A stretch of DNA of 62,429 bases, filler included, from Dimorphilus gyrociliatus (GCA_904063045.1; 4 parts of 4 records of this genome joined end to end with filler, not necessarily neighbours in it); one strand, 5' to 3'; counted from the first letter of the whole stretch, positions 36,180 through 48,340 are shown. Numbers and translations: made by a program. The notes: a model not told the origin generated them from the letters alone.

Positions 36180-39100
36180 TTTTCAAACTACTCTAGTTGA
36201 AGGGATTTATGGAATTGAATCACTTTTTGAAAATTATCAATTATTCTTTTGTAAGGATGATAATATATTCATCAACGTTGCCTACGTCTGCGACGGAATT
36301 GCGGATTGTTACTCGTCGGAAGATGAACTCAATTGTTCAACTACCAATCATTACTCTCTCTTCAGGTGTCTATCCAATCACCAATACATTCCACTCTTAC
36401 AAGTTTGCAATCATATTTCTAATTGTTTTGATCAATCCGACGAGTACAATTGTAGTAAGAGAAATGCTTTAATAATAATACCTTTTAATCCAATAATAAT
36501 TCGTTAACATTTTTTGACCTACTTATTACATAGAATACAAAGAATGCTCAATTGGGTATGTAATTTTCATAGTTAATTCTCTATTCTTTCACGAATTTTC
36601 CTTTTAAAAAACAAAAAGGGAAAAAGCTTGCCTGAATGGAAAATGTATAAGTGAAAAGTTTTTCAACGATAACGAACGTCATTGCATCGATAACAGCGAC
36701 GAAAATGAAGAAAATCTTCCTGAAAACGTGAATAATCTAGACGACTGTAATGTGATAATTTTCACGAATGATTTCATTGTGATAAACAAAATAATAACTT
36801 CTTAAAGATTGTAGAGATCGTGAACAAAACGTTTGCGATGAAAAGTGTAGGCCTAATTGGTTATTTGGCGATGGAAAATACGATTGTTTTGATAAAACTG
36901 ATGAAACTCCTAATGCACTTGAAAATTATAATAAATCGAATTATTGCTATTTATATTATAATTCATTGGGATATGCAAAGTCAAATCTATTTAGGAGAAT
37001 TGAATGTGAAAATGTTTCATGTCATATTGGAGAATACAAGTGTCACAGACTCAACTATTGTATATCAATAGAACAGATCTGTGATGGAATAAATCATTGT
37101 CCACTTGGCGATGATGAGATAGTTTGTGGTGAGTAGTTAAAGTTCATTTGTTCACTTTTCTCTTTCTCTCTGTTGGCAGTTTGGTTCAATCACTTTCATT
37201 CCCTATAATTCACCCAAAATGTCTCCCTTCCCACTCTATATCTTTTTCTCTTAATCATTCTACCTGCAAACTACCTCTCTCATTATACTTACTTTCTTCC
37301 CTTAATTACTAAATCATCTCTAAATAATTTTGGTTACTTTCCTCCCTCACTTGGTCAATGCTTTCTATCAGTCATTCACTCTGTCTTAGTTTTTCTACCA
37401 ACTCCCTTTCTCATTCTACTAACTATCTTGCCTCATTTAATCCATTGTCCCTCTCTCTTACTCACTTTCCCTATCCACTCCATGTCTCATTTTACTTATT
37501 TTCTTCCCTTGTTAATTCAATTGTCCCTGTCATTCAATCCCTTTTTCTCTTTCTTTCTCTATCTATCTTTTTCTCTATCTTGGTCTCTTTTTATATATAA
37601 CTTTGCCTGTTACCTTTCTCTCTCTCTCTCTCTCTCTCTTTCTACCACTCTTTTCCTATCACTCTCTTTTTATCACTCTTTTTCTATCACTCTCTTTCTA
37701 TCAATCTCTTTCAGTCACTCACTTTTCATACCAATTCCCTCTTTTCATTCTACTTACTTTCTTCCCTCACTTATTATATCCTCTATCAATTTATTCCTAA
37801 ATCTAAGTGTGAGTTTGCTTTTTTTAAGAGTCTTTTAAACCAAAAGGATTTTTTAAATGTAAAAATGGAGGATATTTACCTTACTATAAAGTTTGCGATG
37901 GCATCGTTCATTGCAAACACGGAAGTGATGAAATATTATGCAATAAATACGAAAATTCCATGAAAAAAATAAAAAATTGCTACGAACCTTCAACTTTTTC
38001 AATGAATTGCAATTTTAGCGTTTTTCAACCATCCGCCATTTTAAGTGAAATTTATAGAAAAATATTAATAGATGGTAAATTACATGGTAATAATCTTAAA
38101 AAATCTCTAAATCTGTTTAATTTAAAAATTTTAAATGGAAATTATTATAATAATTTCACTACAAAATTATTTCCAAATATAATTTATCTAAAATTATCAA
38201 AATTTTCACAAAATTTTGGGAATTTTTCCAAAGTTTTTACATCACCTCTGCCAATGTTACAATATCTAGATTTATCATTTAATCCTATAAAAACAATGGA
38301 ATTTTTTAAGATATTAAATGGAAAAAATCTAAAATATTTAGATATTTCTTGGACAAAAATTTCAAAAATGTTTTATAAAGAATTGAAAAATTTAAAAAAT
38401 TTAGAAATTTTAAAAATAAGAAATTGTAATTTAAAATTAATAGAAAAATTATCATTTAAACAATTTGAAAATAATCTTATTGAAATTGATATGAGTTTAA
38501 CAAATTTACCAAAATTTTCATTAACAACAATTGCTGAAGGATTGAAAAATGTGAAAAAAGTTTGGATAGATGATAGAATTTTATGTTGTATATTATGGCG
38601 TTACGTAAATGAAAAAATTGATTGTAAATCAATTGATACACTCCATAAAACTTGTTCAAATTTAATAAGTTTTAATTTAACACGTTTTATATTTTGGATT
38701 CTATCATTTTTTGGTATTTTGGGGAATTTTTTCTGTATTTTATTTGTTAGCTTTTCCAGTAGTTTCCAGTCAAAATATTTCTGTTTATTATATTCCAGTG
38801 GAAAGCTTTTAACAGCAATTTATTCATTAATTATCTCCATTTTTGATTTACATTACGGCGATACGTATTTAAAAAATTACGAAATTTGGAAATATAGTTT
38901 AATTTGTAAATTTCTTGCGCCAATTATGGTTCCATCTTTACTATTGTCATCTTTAAGTATGCTATCAATTACAATGGAGAGATACCAGGCTATTGAAAAA
39001 CCATTTGAAAAGCCATTTTTAGCGAAAAATTCCAAACTTTTCGCAATAAGCCTATTAGCTATTTTCCTATCTTTTCTATTATTTACATTATTTTTTAAAC

Positions 39101-40211
39101 ATTTCAATTTTAAAGATTCTTCAATATGTTTCTTTTTATATACAAAGATGACGGTGGCAACTGCTGATTGGTTTTTAACATTTACGCTATTTACAATAAT
39201 CTTGCCATTAATCAAATTTCTAATATTATTCCTATATATGAAAATTGCCTATATGGTTGAATATTCAAGTTCAATGACTCGTTCTAGAGAAAAGAAAACA
39301 AAATCAATCCAACAAAGTATATTTGTATTATCATTTTCAAATATATTGCTATGGTTACCAGTTTCCATAGATGGTTGGTATTGTATTGGTTAAAGTTAGA
39401 TTTTAGGGTTGGGGTTGGGGTTAGGGTTAGGTTTAGGGTTAACACTAACATTTAATATTTTTCTTTAATCCTCCATTTTTTTCTTCTTCTAGGATTTCTA
39501 TCATTATTTATTAATTTAAATATTAAAAATGAAATCTATACGTTATTTCTATCAATTTTCCTTCTATTAAATTCTGTACTAAATCCTTTTCTATTCTATT
39601 CTGGTAAATTTTACCAATACATTCAATCTTTGAAAGATATATCATTAAAAGAAAGGTTAGGGTTATTTTTTTTTTAAATATTTGAATTTTTTAAAAAAAA
39701 ATCTTTTCTTTTCTCAGATTATCAATAGAAAATCAAATAAAAGATGAAATGTTAAAAAAATGTATATATTTCATAAAAAATTCTTAACAATTAATAACAA
39801 TTTTTTTTCTCCTTTTTTGCTACAGATATAAAATGTTTGAATAAAATCTTTCAATATTGTATGATTAATTCAAATTTAAAAGATGAATTTGAACCAATGG
39901 TTGAATGTAAAGATGATAAATCCATATTGGAAAGTGTAACTGGCATGTTTGATTGTTTAAATTTTTTAAACAATTATGATTTATCATTGAATAAGTCTAT
40001 TAATTTGGATTCTGTTGTTTATCAGGTTATTTAAATAAACGTAAAAAAATTTCTTTTCTTTACATTTTTTTGAAAACAGAAAAAAAATAATAGTTATAGA
40101 TTGAATTTAGGAAATGTGAAAGAAAAAACTATCCTATCAGAAAAGGAAGATGTACAAATTCTTGGAAATATTGTTAGAAAACTCCTTCAAAGAAGAGTAT
40201 TGAATAGTTGA
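36180..40211 (+). CDS. GRL101-like receptor (LDLa repeats + LRRs + class A 7TM), multi-exon
   Basis: LDLa: VCDGIADCYSSEDELNC, VCNHISNCFDQSDEYNC, ICDGINHCPLGDDEIVC, VCDGIVHCKHGSDEILC. LRR: LQYLDLSFNPI, LKYLDISWTKI. Hinge: LCCIL. TM3: ITMERY. TM7, after the intron at 39374-39492: LNSVLNPFLF. The exact 3' exon structure is inferred. Confidence 0.85.
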
Positions 40212-40813
40212 AAATATAAAGAAAACAAATGAAATTTTTGAAATTTTCATTAATATTTTCATTTTCTTTTGTAAAAAAACAAGAAAATAAATAAATAAAT
40301 ATATAGACAGAGAGATTTTTTAAAAGATTTAATATACATCAGTTTCTCTAGTAATTTTTAAATATAACTATAAAATAAATCATTTCCAATTCAGGTTAGG
40401 GTTAGATTAGAAAAATATAGGCACTATTGGCAATAAATATCCATTTTGAATAATTCCCTAACCATTCATTTCTTTTCTTCATTACAAGAGATTTCAAATA
40501 TTTTTCAACAACTAGAGCAAAGAAATTTTTATTTAGATAGACTACTTACGCCATCTAGTGACTATTTAAGTGTATTTTGCATGTTGATATACTATTGATT
40601 AAGCTTGTATTGTATTATAATAAAGAAAAAATAAATAAATGTATTAATGAATCTTGGAGATATAAAAAATTCAGTCTGTATTTCTCTCTTTCTCTCTCTT
40701 TTTATGTGTCTCTCTTGTCACGATCTTTGATGATTTTCTCTAACTGAAGAGAAGAAGAGCAACAAGAGAAAAAAAACTCAACCACCACCTTTTTCACTCA
40801 TCTCTATAAAGAA

Positions 40814-42108
40814 ATGTTTTGCCAATGGATTTTTATATGGATTTTTCAAATTGTATTTTGTTCTTTTGATGACAAATATAATCCTGTAAATATCACTCTG
40901 AAACAATCAACTGATCAATCAACAACTCGCCATAGTTCACCTAGTTCATTGGCAGTTAATGGTAAATTTTCACCGCATCAAGTAGACTACCAAGTTTGTA
41001 GTCATACGCTTGTAGGAATTAATCAATGGCTTTTGATACGTTTCGAAAGAGCTTATATCATTCAAACAATCAGGATTTTGAATAGATATAATCATTTGAA
41101 TAGGTTGCAACAACTTAAAATTGGTACTCTACTCAATAATGATATTGCAGTAGTTGACATTCATCAATTCCAAACATTTGCTTTCCATAATCCTGTTATT
41201 GGAGCGGCTCGTTCAAAAACATTCAATTATATTGACAAACCTCATTACGCCACTTCCGTTATTCTGTCTACGTTACGTAACGGTTATATGATTATTTGTC
41301 AAGTGGAAATATGGAATTTGGTGAATATTGGTAAAAATCAGTTGACTGCTAGCAACCGCCCAGCTGATAATACTCATCTTGCAGTTGATGGTGAATGTAA
41401 TGCAGTCTACCGAGCGGCTGGTACCAGCATTCTCTGCCAATATATCAACCTTGGTGGAAAGTTGATCTTGGAAAGAAAAGCGTCGTCTTTGCAGTATCAA
41501 TCGTTGCGTTAAACGGTACTTTACAAAGATTAAGAAATCTTCTCGTTACACTTTCCAACCATGACGTCATTCCAACGATGGAATGCGACTATTAGGGTTA
41601 GGGTTAGGAATGCGACTATTACGAAGGAGCGTTACCATTGTATACTACTATGAGATGTCCAAAATCCACAATTGCCTGTTACCTATCAGCTCAAATTGTA
41701 TCGAAACCTGGAGGTAGCGACACACTAATCCTCTGCGAAGTTGACGTTTTTGGCTATAATCTCGATACAAATCTAAAGATTAACGTAATCGCTTATAACG
41801 AAACGGATTATCAATATCTCACAAAATTTAAAGAGAACGACTGTACAAATTTGAAGAAATTTACTGTTAATATTGCAGAATTTAAAGTAGCCATGTTTGA
41901 AATGGTATTCAAAGGAGTTGCAATTGAAAATGATTGCCAAAGCAGAAAGTTTAATGCCATTTCAACATTCATTCAAAATCGAAAATTAAAAGCTAACGAT
42001 TGTTTTCTTCAACAAACAAACAATGGATACTATAAAGAAAGGGATATGTATGATAGTTGTCATTTTCTTTGCCAATGCAACTCCTTTCAATGTCATTTGT
42101 TATCATTG
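40814..42108 (+). pseudogene. Secreted fucolectin / F5-8 type C (FTP) double-domain protein, damaged
   Basis: Signal peptide MFCQWIFIWIFQIVFCS; QST..LAVNG..CSHT..QWLLIRF..IICQVEIW; second domain LAVDG..QPWWKVDLG..LILCEVDVFG. There is a frameshift near 41420, an insertion-derived stop at 41593 and a retroelement fragment at 42109. Confidence 0.8.
41580..41621 (+). repeat. (GGGTTA)2 insertion flanked by a 15-bp direct duplication
   Basis: GGAATGCGACTATTA-GGGTTAGGGTTA-GGAATGCGACTATTA. Confidence 0.92.
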
Positions 42109-43253
42109 TGTACTTTGTTGTATTGTAATTGTAGGAATTTCTGGTTCGTCACAACTGTAATCGTCCTTTCCAATCATTTACCAACTTGCCAAAGTACTCA
42201 AACAAATAGAACCTTTAAAGTTCGTCCACAAATAGTCTAACAAAGGCAATTTCGGTAGAAATTAATTAACAAAACACCAGTATTTCGTCCAAAGAATATG
42301 TATTGAGTAAAATGAGCTTCTAGTTCTAAACAAGCTAGTTTAAACAACTAGCTGACAGTTAGAAAACTGAACTATCAACTGTTAATTTTGTAGGGCTTAT
42401 ATACTCTTTTAAGGGTTGATAGTTCACAAATTTCAATGTTCACAAAAACAAAAGTAACATTTGAAGACAAAGAAAAGTTGTAAATATGGTCATGTTTTTA
42501 TTGTTTTCCTCTTCTAAATAATAGTTGAATTTCTCAGGTTGGAGAGTTGCATAAGATGTAACAATTTTAGTAGGACAAGTCCAACAATCAAGAAAACATG
42601 TAGATTGTATATTTGACCGTTTTTATATTCTACCTTAATAATGATATTCAATTGATTGAGTTAGTAAATTTAGCATCAGCATATAAGGAGGAAGTATATC
42701 TGATTAATGCATGTTAAAAAGAACAGTATTGTGTATACAATACTGTTGAATAGTCAATATAATCTAAACTTAAAATTTAAGCATAATTGATAATTAATTG
42801 AACTAGTTTTAGTTTGAAATCATAAATTTATAGATTAATAAATTGTAATATTAATGCTAGGTTGCAAATAGCAAATATTCTTTATATAATTCAATAGGTT
42901 TTATTGCTGCATAATGTGTATGCACTGCCCTATGCGAAACTAGGTCACTACTGCTTATCTTTATGAGTGCTATCTGCATAGTACAATACTGGTTCAATAC
43001 TACTTCTCTATTGTAGAATATAGCTGATGAATGTATGTTCACACTGATACCAATCAAGTTGGATTGGGACAACTGAACAAGCATAATTGAAATACACTAT
43101 ATGTCTATAATTTAATGGAATTTATTGTGGCACATTGTTTATTCACCTTAGTTCTATGTCACTGCTTATCTCTACCAGTGCTATCAGCACAGCACAATCA
43201 CGGTTTACACTACTTATCTATTGCAAAATATATCTAACCGATATACACGTACA
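42109..43253 (-). mobile_element. Truncated fragment of the same gypsy family (LTR + 5' leader + first gag codons), plus a diverged partial LTR
   Basis: 42109-43037 aligns with 26878-27810 with scattered substitutions. 43080-43253 is a more diverged LTR-like copy that starts TGTACG on the minus strand. Confidence 0.9.
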
Positions 43254-43330
43254 GTAAGTATTAATGTCTAAAAAGTAAGTCTTGTCTTTTTTTTTCCATA
43301 TTTTGGAATTTTGATATAATATAATTCCAG

Positions 43331-43598
43331 AAATACAAATGATTCAGTCAGTTCATCAAATGAACAAGCAAAAGTTTTTCATGAAGTTTTGCGCAGTTTG
43401 GAATGAAAAATGTGTTGTAATAGCTTAGCTAATATGCTGATTTTACCCTGTAGTCATGTGCTGACTTGTAAACAATGTCTATTGAGTCTTCCGAAATCTG
43501 AGTGTCCTTCTTGCAGGGCTGCAATAAGAGGATATGTTGTTATCAATACAGACTTAGATAGCTTAAACCTCCATTTTGGAAATCTTCACAAAATATGA
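43331..43598 (+). pseudogene. C3HC4 RING finger exon (IAP/MDM2-like) with TGA at the first Cys
   Basis: LE*KMCCNSLANMLILPCSHVLTCKQC....ECPSCRAAI. Confidence 0.65.
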
Positions 43599-44760
43599 AC
43601 CGAAAATTATTTATTAAATTAAAGAACATAGATATTTATCATCAAAGTAATAATTCCTCAAGAAAATGACGAAAGTGCTATTAATAAGGAATCATCAATA
43701 GATAATGCAAGTGAAAGCAACACAAAATCAGGTAATTTCAATAGTTAAAAAATATTAGAAGCTCACCATGAATCATTTTTAACAGTTGAGGCTTTCTTTT
43801 GACTTTAACTCATCTGAATTACCAAATAATGAAAAAGAATTTAGCTTAAACCTCCATTTTGGAAACTTTGTTAGATGGATACCACTATGTAACTAATAAA
43901 GGAACAAAGAACATTGAAAAGATGGATGTCAAAATACTTACATCTTACTTAATACCAGATGCTGATGAGACAGACTATTGTAATGCCCTGCTTGGTCAAT
44001 TTATAAGTTTGCAAGTTAAAACAGTACTGGTTCTCTCGAACACTTTTAAATGGTTTATTTAACGCAGAATACTAAAGGAAATAACAATATCAATGTTCAA
44101 TAGCAGAGCAAATAGTTTGTAATAGCAGATTGCCAAATTACTAAACTGTCTTCCTATGCTGAGGAGTAGAAAGCTAACTAAATTACAACTTGGCTAAACT
44201 TTAACTGGTAATTAAATATGAACCTTACAGATGACTAACCAAGTCTGTGTTTGACCAAATGTTATTGTATATTAGCCTTCTTAAATGTTGAACCTTGAAA
44301 GATCCTGTTTCTAAAGATAAATATGAAATAGACAGTTTGGCAACTGTAAAGTGATGATTGGATATCAGAGGCAAGCCTCAAAGTATATAAACTCTCACTG
44401 TTCTCTGATACAATAATGATTATGGGTCTGGACTCCTCAATGAAGTCAGAGTTGGCCATATGCGTACATAGGAAGGAACATAGAACTGAATCTAGGTCTT
44501 CCTGTGCTACATCTTATGAAAGGCAGCTAACTGATTACTATACCTGCGGGTACTTGAACAGGTTACAATCTAATTTGTGTGGAACATTATGACGAACACT
44601 AGTAAAAGTCAAAGGCAGTCACACACTAAAGAGGCTTGCAGTGTGTGTGCAATATGAGGGTTGCCATTCTATACTGATTGTGCTAATCTCTAACCCAAAG
44701 ATAACCCTAATCTACTGTTTAATAATAAAATTCATAGAATGCTTGTAGAAAAGGGGGTCA

Positions 44761-44952
44761 ACAGAAAACGTCCACAAATGAGAAATTGAAGACAAAACTT
44801 TGGATTGAGAAATGGTTAGGCAAAAGAAAACAGCAACTGATTTGTATTAAGGAGGGTCTCCTCTGAGGGTTAGGGGTAATGGAAAAGGTTAGGTACAGTT
44901 AAGGGCTAGGTTAGGGTTAGGGTAAAAGCACTCATTTGTGGACGTTTTCTGT
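44761..44952. mobile_element. MITE-like element with perfect 22-bp inverted ends containing TTAGGG-like repeats
   Basis: Ends are ACAGAAAACGTCCACAAATGAG and CTCATTTGTGGACGTTTTCTGT. Internal GGTTAGGGTTAGGG. A CA dinucleotide lies on both flanks. Confidence 0.55.
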
Positions 44953-45037
44953 CATATCCGTAGAAAAGGTGTCTAATCATTTGTTATGAGTTTATTTACA
45001 AATATCATCAACAGAGTACACATTAGCTAAAACTGGC

Positions 45038-46089
45038 TTAGCAACTCTCTGGATAAACAGGACTGTTTGGTAAATTTTCTCCTGAAGAGGCATTGATCTT
45101 TGATCCTGTAATATTCATTCCAGTTTCATCATTTGCAAGAAAAAATGCTATTGCAGCAATTTCATCACTGTTGGCAAGCCTTCCCAATAGTGAACGACTT
45201 TCTTCAAATTGAAAAAATTTATCACTTTCTTCCTTGTTTTTAACATAGCCAGAAGAAAGGTAAATTTCTGTTTTAACAGGTCCAGGAAGTATAGCATTCA
45301 CTCTAACTTTACCATCTTTTCCATAATCTATTTAAAATACAAAGATAATGTTTTATACTGTTTAATTTTGAACATTAAGGATAAAATCAGTGGTTAGGAC
45401 AAAAACTTTTTCCTACCCTAATCCTAATTGAAAGTGTTACTAACCTTTTGCAGCCAGTTCTGTTGCTATATTCATTCCTGCTTTTGCAACTACATAAGGA
45501 GAGAGGTCAGAAGTCTGGAGAATAGAAAGATGACTGTTAAAGATATGATATTATAACGTATTTGAAATATATACAGGAGTCAATTCAGATGCACAGCTGG
45601 TGATATTAATAATGTTTCCTTGAGTCTTCTTTAGAAAAGGATAAGCTAATTGCATAAACTTGATTGGTGCTCTTGTATGTATTCTATACATAGCATCAAA
45701 ATCCTCTATATCTGCTTCAGTAAAATGCTTTGCTATACCATAACCAGCATTGTTAACCAAGACATCTATTCTTTCAAATTTATTGATAGTCTTCTTGAAA
45801 ACATTCTCAATTTGGCTATCAACTAATACATCACATGACTGGATAAGAATCTGTCGGAAGAGAAATGATACTGCATTCTTAAATTCAAATTACATTTGTA
45901 TAAAACACTAGCATCTTCCTCCTTTAAACCTTGCTTGCAGCATAGCTGTGCGGTTTCTTCTAATTTATGCACTCGCCTTCCTAATATTACCAATTTATAT
46001 CTGTGTTTGGCAAACTTTATAGCAATAGAATGTCCAATTCCACTACCAGCGCCTGTAATGATTGCTACCTTTAATGGTTCCATGATCAA
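45038..46089 (-). CDS. Short-chain dehydrogenase/reductase (FabG-like), 4 exons
   Basis: TGAGSGIG, IDVLVNNAG, GNIINITS, YVVAK (YxxxK) and VRVNAILPGPVKT are present, with three short introns. Confidence 0.92.
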
Positions 46090-46097
46090 TCTTTGAA

Positions 46098-46197
46098 NNN
46101 NNNNNNNNNNNNNNNNNNNNNNNNNNNNNNNNNNNNNNNNNTTAATTAATTAANNNNNNNNNNNNNNNNNNNNNNNNNNNNNNNNNNNNNNNNNNNN
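46098..46197. other. Artificial contig spacer
   Basis: 44N-TTAATTAATTAA-44N. Confidence 0.98.
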
Positions 46198-46228
46198 TAA
46201 AATATTCAAACTTTCGCACTTAAAGTAC

Positions 46229-47494
46229 TTGGATTTATCTAGTTCAAATATCACCTTTAGCTTTCCATTTAATACTCATTTATGTCCTCATTTGCAAGTT
46301 TTGATACTTGATGAGGTAAGTAGCTTGGCCAAAAGGAATTTAGGTTTCTGCTTTTCAATCAAACATCCTTGGAAACTAAGCTTGAATAGGTGTTATATTG
46401 ACGGTGAAACTATTGAAAATATATCTAAGATGATAAATCTTCAAGAACTAGAATTATCCAATTGTAATCTTTCACCCGGCCTTCTTGGATCCTTAGAAGC
46501 ACCTACAAAACTTAAAAAATTAGATCTAAGATATAATAAAAAATTAGATGATGATGATTTTAAAGGTATATCTGGAATGATAAATCTACAAGAGCTAAAT
46601 TTATACGATTGTGATCTTTCGCCCGGCCTTCTTAAGCCTTTAGAAACACTTACAAAACTTAAGAAGTTAGATCTAAGATATAATAAAAAATTAGATGATG
46701 ATGATTTTAAAGGTATATCTGGAATGATAAATCTACAAGAGCTAAATTTATACGATTGTGATCTTTCGCCCGGCCTTCTTAAGCCTTTAGAAACACTTAC
46801 AAAACTTAAGAAGTTAGATTTAAGATATAATAAAAAGTTAGATGATGAAGATTTTAAAGGGATATCTGGAATGATTAATCTCCAAGAGCTGAAATTATTC
46901 CATTGTTATCTGCCATCAAGCGGCCTTCTTGAACCCTTAGAGACACTTACAAAACTTAAGAAGTTAGATCTAAGATATAATAAAAAATTAGATGATGAAG
47001 ATTTCAAAGGTATATCTAAAATGATAAGTCTTCAAGAACTAGATTTCCATCGTTGTGAGCTTTCACCTGGCCTTCTTGAGCCCTTAGAAACACTTACAAA
47101 GCTTAAGAAGTTAAATCTAAATGGTAATACAAAATTAGATGATAAAGACTTTAAAGGAATATCTAAAATGATAGATCTTCAAGAACTAGATTTGCATCGT
47201 TGTAATCTTTGGCCCGGCCTTCTTAAGCCTTTAGAGACACTTACAAAACTTAAGAAGTTAGATTTAAGATATAATAAAAAGTTAGATGATGATGATTTTA
47301 AAGGTATATCTGGAATGATAAATCTTCAAGAACTAGATTTATATGATTGTGATCTTTGGCCCGGCCTTCTTAAGCTTTTAGAAACACTTACAAAATTCAA
47401 GAAGTTAGATCTAAGATATAATAAAAAGTTAGATGACAAAGACCTTAAATTAATATCTAAACTGCAAAATTCTGGGGTTATAGTCATTAGATGA
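46229..47494 (+). CDS. Leucine-rich-repeat protein built from about 7 near-identical 49-aa (147-nt) double-LRR units; 5' partial
   Basis: Repeat unit LETLTKLKKLDLRYNKKLDDDDFKGISGMINLQELNLYDCDLSPGLLKP. Intronless. The frame is open back to the contig start. Confidence 0.93.
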   Translation: MDLSSSNITFSFPFNTHLCPHLQVLILDEVSSLAKRNLGFCFSIKHPWKLSLNRCYIDGETIENISKMINLQELELSNCNLSPGLLGSLEAPTKLKKLDLRYNKKLDDDDFKGISGMINLQELNLYDCDLSPGLLKPLETLTKLKKLDLRYNKKLDDDDFKGISGMINLQELNLYDCDLSPGLLKPLETLTKLKKLDLRYNKKLDDEDFKGISGMINLQELKLFHCYLPSSGLLEPLETLTKLKKLDLRYNKKLDDEDFKGISKMISLQELDFHRCELSPGLLEPLETLTKLKKLNLNGNTKLDDKDFKGISKMIDLQELDLHRCNLWPGLLKPLETLTKLKKLDLRYNKKLDDDDFKGISGMINLQELDLYDCDLWPGLLKLLETLTKFKKLDLRYNKKLDDKDLKLISKLQNSGVIVIR

Positions 47495-48019
47495 CAACAC
47501 ATTACGCACTTAGAATTTCAATTGGTATTAATAAATGATTATATGATTATATTAAAATCAAAAAAGAATTATTTATTAAATTTATTGCCAAAAATTCGAT
47601 TGGAGATATCAGCATTTACTCTTATAGAAGATTACAAAAGTGTTGAATTAGTGCTCTGTAGTTAAACGTTTGACCAGAATTCACGATTTTTTAACAGAGA
47701 TGGTCAAGTAACATGATTAATTTTAAAATAAGATGGTAATTTTCATGACTTATTTTTTTATGTTTTTATTTTGAATATATACACACCTAGTGGGTTAAAA
47801 AAAGAACATTTCTCTAGTGTTTTTGATGAATATAAAAACCCAAAGATAAATAAAAAGATCTTAAGCTATCGTAAATAATGATGAATAGTATTCATAGAGT
47901 TTTTTTATTAAAAAAACAAAATCAAAAAAAGTGCTTTTTTCTTTTCAAATAGTATTATATATGACCGCTATTTATTCTAATAGCATGTAGATATTTATTA
48001 TTTATATTATTTATTATTT

Positions 48020-48340
48020 TTTGCGCAAGTTCTGAGGTACTTCCTCTAAATTTTCTATTATAAGTCTTTAGTTTATTCATACTTCTAAGCAGAAATTTTG
48101 CTATTATTTTTTAAACTTCCTTCTTTATTGGGGGGAAATCTGGTGACTATGGTGGTTAGTTCATTAATTCATTCTTATTTTCTATAAATAACCTATCCGT
48201 TTTCTTAAACACCTGACATGATACATTATCCTGTTGAAAACTGTACCCTGGCACACTTTTATTTGGCATGTTTTTATACAAATTCTTATCATAAAACCTG
48301 TTTAGTCTATGGAATTAAATTTTATTTAACAAAAACAAAA
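48020..48340 (-). mobile_element. Degenerate Tc1 transposase remnant
   Basis: Minus strand gives FQQDNVSC and SPDFPPIK (from FQQDN / SPDLNPIE), with stops. Confidence 0.55.

Noticed and set aside
46440-47450. Regular direct repeats as a CRISPR-like array
   Set aside because: The repeats are contiguous in-frame coding units without unique spacers, in a eukaryotic context.
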